From positions 82,482,577 through 82,527,980 of the forward strand of contig NC_068982.1 in assembly GCF_001194135.2 (NCBI RefSeq): DNA of 45,404 bases, in the 5' to 3' direction. Below, piece by piece: positions 35,896 through 45,404 of the stretch (the first letter of the stretch is position 1; every line of letters starts with the position of its first letter). The position numbers and the translations under genes were made by a program. The stretch comes from Octopus bimaculoides (Eukaryota). Below the pieces are notes generated by a model, which saw only the letters and a program-made list of their open reading frames with translations, had not been told where the DNA came from and searched no databases.

Positions 35896-37231
35896 GACAT
35901 ATACAGGCATATACATGTTTATATATATATATTATATATATATATTGTATACGTCCATATAAGCATATATGAATACATGCAAGCATGAAGAAATACATAA
36001 ATACATACATACATATATGCACACACACAAACACACACATGCATGTGAGTGTGTGTGTGTGTGTGGTGCACACCTACGCGCGCACACTCGCCCGCGCACA
36101 CACATATGCACACACGGAAAGTCAGACGGAGATATGTTCATGCGCTTGTGACTGTATGAAACAATCACATATATTTCTGCATATAGATTAGTGTGTTGCA
36201 TATATTCAAGCATCCATAGAAACACATAGATACAAACACATACATAGATGCATGCATACACACGTACACATTTAAATACATACGTGCACAAATGTCTATT
36301 ATTCTGTGCGTGAACGTGTGTGTGTGTGTATATATATATATATNNNNNNNNNNNNNNNNNNNNNNNNNNNNNNNNNNNNNNNNNNNNNNNNNNNNNNNNN
36401 NNNNNNNNNNNNNNNNNNNNNNNNNNNNNNNNNNNNNNNNNNNNNNNNNNNNNNNNNNNNNNNNNNNNNNNNNNNNNNNNNNNNNNNNNNNNNNNNNNNN
36501 NNNNNNNNNNNNNNNNNNNNNNNNNNNNNNNNNNNNNNNNNNNNNNNNNNNNNNNNNNNNNNNNNNNNNNNNNNNNNNNNNNNNNNNNNNNNNNNNNNNN
36601 NNNNNNNNNNNNNNNNNNNNNNNNNNNNNNNNNNNNNNNNNNNNNNNNNNNNNNNNNNNNNNNNNNNNNNNNNNNNNNNNNNNNNNNNNNNNNNNNNNNN
36701 NNNNNNNNNNNNNNNNNNNNNNNNNNNNNNNNNNNNNNNNNNNNNNNNNNNNNNNNNNNNNNNNNNNNNNNNNNNNNNNNNNNNNNNNNNNNNNNNNNNN
36801 NNNNNNNNNNNNNNNNNNNNNNNNNNNNNNNNNNNNNNNNNNNNNNNNNNNNNNNNNNNNNNNNNNNNNNNNNNNNNNNNNNNNNNNNNNNNNNNNNNNN
36901 NNNNNNNNNNNNNNNNNNNNNNNNNNNNNNNNNNNNNNNNNNNNNNNNNNNNNNNNNNNNNNNNNNNNNNNNNNNNNNNNNNNNNNNNNNNNNNNNNNNN
37001 NNNNNNNNNNNNNNNNNNNNNNNNNNNNNNNNNNNNNNNNNNNNNNNNNNNNNNNNNNNNNNNNNNNNNNNNNNNNNNNNNNNNNNNNNNNNNNNNNNNN
37101 NNNNNNNNNNNNNNNNNNNNNNNNNNNNNNNNNNNNNNNNNNNNNNNNNNNNNNNNNNNNNNNNNNNNNNNNNNNNNNNNNNNNNNNNNNNNNNNNNNNN
37201 NNNNNNNNNNNNNNNNNNNNNNNNNNNNNNN

Positions 37232-37632
37232 GCTTGTCAGTTGTTTGACCTTAACCAGTTGAGCATGTCCCTTGGTGGCTGATGGTATGTGCATCTCTGA
37301 TCATGAGCAGAAGTAGTGGGGGAGCATCATAGCCATGTGTTGAGAGGAATTCTTTGGGGTTTGAATAATTCTCCTTTGGAAACATGGGTGTTTTGCTCAA
37401 CATCCTTAAATAAACCTTATTCAGGGACTTTTGAGCGGGATGGGCTACTCTACCTGAAGAAAATTCTAACTGGGCCCCATCTGCGAGGTCATGTGCCGTT
37501 TATCTTGATATGAGATCACTATGTTACGCACATATGGTTGTGATGCATGTGCCTGGTATACCCTTATCAGACGGGTAGTCATTATGGGTATAATGGGCTT
37601 CGTATATTTTACCCCAGTGTCACTTTGATGGC
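37232..37632 (+). mobile_element. Interspersed repeat family C with (AAT)n tail
   Basis: Homologous to the reverse complement of 21448-21870; followed by (AAT)n to ~37720. Confidence 0.7.
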
Positions 37633-37651
37633 ATGCACTGCTCTCTCACTC

Positions 37652-37722
<71 letters not shown>

Positions 37723-38217
37723 CAATAATAATATGCAAAACAACAAAGGAATGAGACCTCGAAATTTGTAGAAATAAAGGATTATGTTATATTTTATAAA
37801 TTAGCGCAAACAGTAAACAGCTGTCATTATGGTACTCAGAGTTTCGAATGTCGGAGCGAAGAACTACGATACATTCTTGTCCGCAACAGAGGCTACAAGA
37901 AACCGTTATATATAATAGATGGGAATATAAAAAAGATAAAACATATGATAAAAATATATTTAAAAATATACAAAAATATACTCACAACCATATTCTCACA
38001 AAAATAACATACGTAGACATAAACCACCTGCGTTCACAACGTCTACATACGTACACACGCACGCAAACATGTATACGTACATGCACACACACACACAAAC
38101 ATATATGTATGTACGTACTCATACATATACACATACCCGCACACACGCACACATGTATATATATATATGTATGTAGACATATAGTTTTATACGTATAAAT
38201 ATACGTATATATATGTA

Positions 38218-38299
<82 letters not shown>

Positions 38300-38342
38300 T
38301 ATATACAGACAAACATTCGCACTCACACATACGCACACACAA

Positions 38343-38392
<50 letters not shown>

Positions 38393-38754
38393 CGCCCTCC
38401 TATCAAACACATACAGCCACATATATAGAAGTATATTCCTATCCATATAAGTGAAGGGGCGTCTGCACATGAAAATTGCACATATGCACCAGACAGTCTT
38501 ACACTCATATGCATACATATACACATACACACATATATACACATAAAAATACATATAATATATATTCAGACACACACACTTACACACACACATATGAAAA
38601 GAAAAAATGAAAATATAGAGAAAAAAACAAAAATAAAAATAAAAAGTAAAATGTAAAATCAAAAATTAATGCGAGTTAAATCGTATGGGTCAGTTTGTGT
38701 AGGACATAGTAGAAATATGGATTCTAACCGTGATCTTGGTTGGCCCAAAACCGT

Positions 38755-39600
38755 TACAGGTATTTTGTGACATGTGGACATGTCACAAAGAGTTCATTTC
38801 TTAAATTTAAACATGCAGCGGGGTCTAAGGAACTTTCTAGAGGAGCCAACTTTTCATATTACAAAGACCGTACTTGCCACTACTGTTGGTGTAAGGTTTA
38901 CACTTGGCTAAGATCTTCCAGTAGATACTGTAGTTGATGACTTGTTCGTTTAAGAACTATATATAACTGGATAATTTGGTAGGCTTTCGTTTGTTCCAGT
39001 GTCTGAAGCTTAAGGTATGATTGTTAAATCTTGCATTGAAATTTCCCTCTGCGAGACCCACATCCTCTTGGATGAAACTATATTCTTAGCGTTGGTGGAA
39101 TTTACAGTAGCTTCATAAATAATGTCTCTGTCATACAGGCTCCATTTAGTGAGCACAGGTCTTTAGCCCCGCAGAAACAGCCGGCTTCGTGGTGTTCTGT
39201 TGTATTGTGCGTGATTGTTCTTTCAAAATTTGTGGTGGAACTAAAACTAATTTTTGCGTTATGCTTATTAAAGAGTTTTCTATATTTGTGATATATTAGA
39301 AAATGTTTGTCTATAAGGGACAAGAAATATTTACCTATATTAAAGGTCACTTCGAGGAGTAAGGGGGTGTGAACCAGATAATTTTCCTGTGTCTATGTTT
39401 CCTTTTCTTTATTTCTTGTCTAATAGTACGCGTGTAATCTATTTCCTGTTAAATCCACTAGGTTTGAGGGTGGAGGGCAGCATTATTAAATATATTTATA
39501 TTGGAGGAGTGGCTAGAAATTCTCCTACTAATATCCTTAACTAAATTCTTACATACTTTGGAGGGGGCAGGAGCCTACATTAATATAAATAAGTCTATCA
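38755..39600 (-). pseudogene. Penelope-like element (Poseidon-type) 3' half with GIY-YIG endonuclease, decayed
   Basis: Minus strand YINVGSC.PP...RRISSHSS, RKIIWFTPPYS..TFNIGKYFLSLIDKHF, CFCGAKDLCSLNGAC, VGLAEGNFNARFNNH..SFR, WKILAKCKPY, LNLRNELF..CPH..K. Confidence 0.8.
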
Positions 39601-39656
39601 TTATATTAATGCAGGTTCTTGCCACCCCTCCCATAGAGTTTAACAATTACGAACGA

Positions 39657-39704
39657 TGTGGTTGGTAAGCAAGCTATTTACCATACAGCCACTCCTGCGC
39701 CTAT
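39657..39704 (-). mobile_element. SINE family A head fragment
   Basis: Reverse strand ataggcgcaggagtggctgtatggtaaatagcttgcttaccaaccacat. Confidence 0.75.
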
Positions 39705-39743
39705 ATTAAAGAACAGATGGATTCGGTATTAAATCTTTATTGG

Positions 39744-39788
39744 GTGCAACATATGTTTCGAGCCATCAGTCTGGCTCTCATCAGGTAC
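39744..39788 (-). ncRNA. Minimal type I hammerhead ribozyme motif with intact catalytic core
   Basis: gtac-CTGATGA-GAGCCA[gactga]TGGCTC-GAAAC-atat-GTT-gcac: perfect 6-bp stem II, palindromic stem III AACATATGTT, stem I 3/4 paired. Confidence 0.75.
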
Positions 39789-40825
39789 TTTGACAAAGAT
39801 ATGTCCCACTACAGATTTTTAGTGTCGGTTGATTTGTTATATGTCCATCAAGTTAGGGAATGAATAAAAGCAAATACTATTACAGAAACACAAAAAATTC
39901 AGATATGAACGTGAAAATCTTGCGTCCCTGTTAAGATAAAATTACCTAATTAGCTTTCGCTGTCATAACTGCTTAAAAGAAGAGAAAGTAGAAAGAGAAG
40001 AGAAGACTAATTCTTAGTCAAGTAGTTTTATATTCATACATTTACAAACAGACNNNNNNNNNNNNNNNNNNNNNNNNNNNNNNNNNNNNNNNNNNNNNNN
40101 NNNNNNNNNNNNNNNNNNNNNNNNNNNNNNNNNNNNNNNNNNNNNNNNNNNNNNNNNNNNNNNNNNNNNNNNNNNNNNNNNNNNNNNNNNNNNNNNNNNN
40201 NNNNNNNNNNNNNNNNNNNNNNNNNNNNNNNNNNNNNNNNNNNNNNNNNNNNNNNNNNNNNNNNNNNNNNNNNNNNNNNNNNNNNNNNNNNNNNNNNNNN
40301 NNNNNNNNNNNNNNNNNNNNNNNNNNNNNNNNNNNNNNNNNNNNNNNNNNNNNNNNNNNNNNNNNNNNNNNNNNNNNNNNNNNNNNNNNNNNNNNNNNNN
40401 NNNNNNNNNNNNNNNNNNNNNNNNNNNNNNNNNNNNNNNNNNNNNNNNNNNNNNNNNNNNNNNNNNNNNNNNNNNNNNNNNNNNNNNNNNNNNNNNNNNN
40501 NNNNNNNNNNNNNNNNNNNNNNNNNNNNNNNNNNNNNNNNNNNNNNNNNNNNNNNNNNNNNNNNNNNNNNNNNNNNNNNNNNNNNNNNNNNNNNNNNNNN
40601 NNNNNNNNNNNNNNNNNNNNNNNNNNNNNNNNNNNNNNNNNNNNNNNNNNNNNNNNNNNNNNNNNNNNNNNNNNNNNNNNNNNNNNNNNNNNNNNNNNNN
40701 NNNNNNNNNNNNNNNNNNNNNNNNNNNNNNNNNNNNNNNNNNNNNNNNNNNNNNNNNNNNNNNNNNNNNNNNNNNNNNNNNACACCACCTGTCCTCGTCT
40801 GTTGTTATTATTTGTATATTCTCCC

Positions 40826-40916
<91 letters not shown>

Positions 40917-41246
40917 CAGATGAATATGGTACTTAAGTTGAGGCACCAGAATTTAGTACGGTATTATCCATACACACATACTTCCATTTCTTACACTCTC
41001 TTGTCTTAGAAAGAACAGTTTTTTTTCCTCCGGTCATTTCAAAATTAACGACATGTGAATTGTTGGCGATCATTTTGTATTTGTTTTTTACCTCTGTCTT
41101 CTGTTTCTGAAACCACCTTTCTTTGCTTCCATGAGCATCTGCTCATACTCCACATGTACCACGTCTTCGCGTTATTGTCTTTTGTCTTTGTTCTTGGTTT
41201 CTTTAGATTTACTATATATACACATATATTTTAATACATACATACA

Positions 41247-41279
<33 letters not shown>

Positions 41280-41282
<3 letters not shown>

Positions 41283-41875
41283 TATCCTGATTGAGAAGGA
41301 AAATCTGGTATTTCGGATTGGCATTGAACAAAGTCTTTTCTGCGGGAATTTTCTTAGTCGTGAGGTCCTGAACCTGTTGCCTGTTTACCGTCAGTGTGGC
41401 CCTCAAGATGACGTTCGTTTGACCAATGTAGACCCCACAACACTCACTACATTTGATAAATTAAGTTCTTCGATGCACAGGGGAAATGATTTTTTATGGT
41501 GAATCTTTGACCTGACTTGAATTCATATGTTGGGTCTTCCATAAGGTTGATGCAGGTCCCGCAGTTAGGGCAGTTGCACGTTTTGACTAGTGAGTTGGTA
41601 ATTTGGTACTGGTAAGTAACTTTTTATGGATTTGGGTTGTCTTTTACTTTTAATAATTTTATGTGCTTCGAGTCCTTTCTTCATTCGCAGGTCGTTCAGC
41701 CGGAGGGTAAATTCTGATGGATGATGTTGTATGTTTCTATGTTCTTTGGATTGTGTGTTGATAGGAAAGTTTTAAGTGTGTCGTGGAGTTTTCTTACTTT
41801 TCGTAATTCTTGGATGTCTATAGCTTTTGCACGTTCTATTCTGTTTTTGATTAAACTAACCAGGTATTTTCAATA
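41280..41875 (-). pseudogene. Penelope-like element (Neptune-type) linker and GIY-YIG region, decayed
   Basis: STHNPKN...IIKSKRQP.S.KKLLT...CNCPNCGTC..L....EFKSGQRFTIKNHFPCASKNLIY...VYIGQT...LR, with frameshifts. Confidence 0.75.
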
Positions 41876-41884
41876 CAGTTCTAT

Positions 41885-41959
41885 ATTTAAGAGACGAGGA
41901 ATTATGTACATTATTTACATTATTGACATTATTTAACATTGACGGATATTTATAATATT

Positions 41960-42011
<52 letters not shown>

Positions 42012-42035
42012 TCGAAAAATCCCTTAGGAATGAAG
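41885..42035. mobile_element. Rearranged fragment of the 33581-34013 family
   Basis: gaggaattatgtacattatttacatt...gacggatattt matches 33601-33645; (AAT)n-aacatcgaaaaatcccttaggaatga is the inverse of 33741-33800. Confidence 0.7.
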
Positions 42036-42039
42036 CAAT

Positions 42040-42295
42040 CATACAGGTAGCGTTTCCAGTTGGCGAGTAAGTATTTTTGGAAGTTGTCGCCAAATTTCAG
42101 TCTGACGTGTTCGTATATTTGGACTTTCAAGATTTCCATGGCAAGGTTAGCAAAAGTAGTGGCTACCGCCGTTGTTGTGAGACTCACAGACTCAGTAACT
42201 TCATTGACGTCCTCCTAAAACCTATTCTTCAACATATATCGAGCTTCATAAGAGATGACCTGGACTTTTTAAACCATCTCCTGAGCAAAACCACT
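42040..42295. pseudogene. Penelope-like RT fragments, back to back in opposite orientations
   Basis: Minus strand 42170-42040: TFANLAM...KFGDNFQKYLLANWKRYLYDCFI (mutated YLDD). Plus strand 42175-42295: THRLSNFIDVLLKPILQHISSFIRDDLDFLNHL. Confidence 0.75.
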
Positions 42296-43772
42296 CTTTA
42301 TATGTACAAGTGCGAGCATGAAGATATGTATCTTTGTAGTTAGTATGTGAAGCACATGATTATCAGGTTGAGTCATCCAAATGCAATCGAAACATCTCAC
42401 ACCAGCCCTGCACTAACTCCAAGTACAGAGACCTCGAATACATCCTTCAATGGAGTTGTATCAATATCTGTGCGTGCGTGTATGTCTGTATATGTGTGTG
42501 TGTGTGCGTGTGTGTGTGTGCGTGTGTGTGCGTGCGTGCGTGTGTGTGTGTGTNNNNNNNNNNNNNNNNNNNNNNNNNNNNNNNNNNNNNNNNNNNNNNN
42601 NNNNNNNNNNNNNNNNNNNNNNNNNNNNNNNNNNNNNNNNNNNNNNNNNNNNNNNNNNNNNNNNNNNNNNNNNNNNNNNNNNNNNNNNNNNNNNNNNNNN
42701 NNNNNNNNNNNNNNNNNNNNNNNNNNNNNNNNNNNNNNNNNNNNNNNNNNNNNNNNNNNNNNNNNNNNNNNNNNNNNNNNNNNNNNNNNNNNNNNNNNNN
42801 NNNNNNNNNNNNNNNNNNNNNNNNNNNNNNNNNNNNNNNNNNNNNNNNNNNNNNNNNNNNNNNNNNNNNNNNNNNNNNNNNNNNNNNNNNNNNNNNNNNN
42901 NNNNNNNNNNNNNNNNNNNNNNNNNNNNNNNNNNNNNNNNNNNNNNNNNNNNNNNNNNNNNNNNNNNNNNNNNNNNNNNNNNNNNNNNNNNNNNNNNNNN
43001 NNNNNNNNNNNNNNNNNNNNNNNNNNNNNNNNNNNNNNNNNNNNNNNNNNNNNNNNNNNNNATATATCATATACTCATAAAACTTTATATCTATATAACC
43101 AATATATATATATATATCTATATATATATATATATATATAACCAATGTGCTTGATATATCCAAACAGTCGATGTGCAACGACTGTGACTGGTCAATACCA
43201 TCGATGATAATTTTGCATCGTACAACTGACACAAAGTTTTACATTTAACCAATAAACCTACACTATGCAAACGTCAAACATCGGACACAATATTCCATAC
43301 ATCTTGGCCATTCCTTGTCGACAGTAAATTTTGTTTATACTCACAGATTCCATTTTTATCTTCATACTGCGCGTTAAATTTCTGAAGAAGTTGTTAACCT
43401 CTTCCTTTCCCCACCCAGTTCACTCTCTTCCTTGACATTAAGTCTACTTTGTAAACCAAATATTCATTATTTTTTTACATAATTACACAAAAATAAGATA
43501 ACATAATGACAAGTGAGAATTTGATCTTGTGAGCTGCCTTTCTGTAGGCTGAAGTAGAGTGAACCTCCATGTACACTGCATGAAAAACGATCAGTAAAGA
43601 TGGTGTAAATATAATATAATGAACCAACATATATTAATTTATTGAATCTAGACCCGTGTTGATGGAGGAAAGTAATTAATTATAATCTTGACCAAAAACA
43701 TAACAGGAGACAATCTCAGGGTTAAAATGAAAACATTAAAATGCAGTGAGGAGTAAATCAGAACTTTGGTAT

Positions 43773-43824
43773 TGAACATTAAAATATTTAATAGGTCATT
43801 ACCTATTAAATATTTTAATGTTCA
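43773..43824. repeat. Perfect 24-bp hairpin with 4-nt loop
   Basis: tgaacattaaaatatttaataggt-catt-acctattaaatattttaatgttca. Confidence 0.9.
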
Positions 43825-45153
43825 CTTTACATTAGACTTTCTTGGTCCATTAAATACTTTGACGTCCACTTCACAGTTGCGATACTTATAATGGGTAATT
43901 TGCAGTTCTGAATCTAATTATTGATTTAACTGAAGTGACATAATCAGAACGAAAAATCGAAAACGCATTTTGGACTCAGCTGATCGAGAACTTGGAAATT
44001 TACTTGAAACAGATCTTGACCAGAAAAATTAATGAAATAATCTTTCACAGCAGAATACATCTGGAGGTTGAAGGAATGCTATTGCGAAAATGGTAAAAAA
44101 AAAAAAATATTGATCTAAATAGAAGCTGAGTTGTGTAGTCAGTTCACAAGGCGCTCATCCCTTCCTCTTGAGGCTCATCAAAAGAAATGTGTTATTGGCA
44201 TATCCAAATTGTCGAGAGCTCATCGGTTATATATCAGCCTATATCGAGTGTCATATATTTTCATCAAAAATTCTCAAAGGCTCATTCTGTACTTCTTCCT
44301 TTTAATTAGAATTATTCTAAAGCTTCTCTATTCAACCAATAATACGTCTGCTAATATTAGTTATATTGGCAGCTTCTTGTAAGTCGAGACTATTTACTAA
44401 CTGATTTATGAGTGAAAACTCCTTGTATAACGTAAAATTGTTTTTGAATAGGTACTTCACCTAATAATGGGGCAACCAGAAAGCAAGCCATATAGCAGCT
44501 TAAATGACCATATTTTGGACATGTTATTGCCGAAATTTCCTAATAAGAACCAATTAAAAAATTAGTAAACTTGGGTCTGATCTGTTAATAGGTATAAAAG
44601 ACAAAAAACCAGCCAGTCTGTTACAGTCTGTTACAGATGGATGAAGGCGGTCTGAGTCAAATGCAGATTATCTGAGCCGAATTAGAATAAAACGTCATAA
44701 AATTCTTATAGCAATCGAAGAACTCTAAAGATATATATAAAGTGGCTACTAAAACTCTCCAGATCAACAACATTTTGTTGAAGATGGTAAATATAGGAAA
44801 TGATTATCCCTGGCCAACACATCTTATTCCCTTCTGTAGCATCACAACTGATTTATTATTGTAGATGTCGCTCTACTAAAACGTGTGTGACAACTTGTAA
44901 AATGTCTTTATATAATCTCTGTGTGATCCAGCACCGAAGCTCCTTTGATCAACAATACAAGGACCAATTATCGCAATTGAAGTTCTTCACTATACGTGAT
45001 CCAAACTATGCTTCTTTGCTGATGTGGTTCAGTAAGGCTGGACTATTTTCAGAGTTGTCTTTCCACTACTAAATATCAGACTCACCCCATCGCATTCCAT
45101 AATTAATCATTTTCAATTAAAATTCTGGAGGCGTTCCCTCTCCCGCTCAATAT

Positions 45154-45365
45154 TTATTCTTTTATTCTTTTACTTGTTTCAGTCATTTGATTGCATCCAT
45201 GCTGGAGCACTGTCTTGAAGGGTTTTAGTCGAACAAATCGACCCCACGACTTATTTTTAAAACTTAGTACTTATTCTGTCAGTCTCTTTTGCCGAGCCGT
45301 TAAGTTACGGAAGCGTAAACACACCAACATCGGTTGTCAAGAGGTGATGGGGGAACAACACACAC
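45154..45365 (-). mobile_element. SINE family A 3' tail
   Basis: Matches 1335-1530 (tttcagtcatttga...aaatcgacccc...gccgagccg.taagttacgg...ggttgtcaag). Confidence 0.85.
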
Positions 45366-45404
45366 ACAGATATATACATACATACATGCATGCATGCACG
45401 CACA

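Noticed and set aside
44800-45072. ORF with CRCRSTKTCVTTCK, resembling the CXC tail of some DNA transposases
   Set aside because: Cysteine spacing is incomplete and no catalytic motifs or TIRs were recognised nearby.

Overview
Eukaryotic, AT-rich, microsatellite-saturated draft-genome sequence with 16 N-gaps (about 6.5 kb, ~14% of the window). The repeat families and microsatellite mix look like a cephalopod, most likely octopus; this is an inference from recalled repeat families, not a database hit. No intact host gene or intact autonomous element is supported, and nearly all ORFs in the supplied track are microsatellite or N-run artefacts. Recognisable content: (i) two tRNA-derived SINE families, many copies; (ii) two decayed mariner elements, one a foldback of two 5' halves; (iii) a ~10 kb cluster (11.4-21.3 kb) of decayed R4/Dong-like non-LTR retrotransposon pieces (RT, CCHC finger, restriction-like endonuclease) bounded by (TAA)n-type tracts; (iv) decayed Penelope-like elements (RT and GIY-YIG); (v) MITE-like and foldback elements. 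Best lead: several minimal type I hammerhead ribozyme motifs, one inside a 433-bp insertion (33581-34013) that combines a tRNA-like Pol III head, an (AAT)n tract and a hammerhead-bearing tail, with an inverted partial copy and a perfect 13-bp target-site duplication. The window is also rich in long inverted repeats. One low-confidence candidate coding exon lies at 27034-27267.
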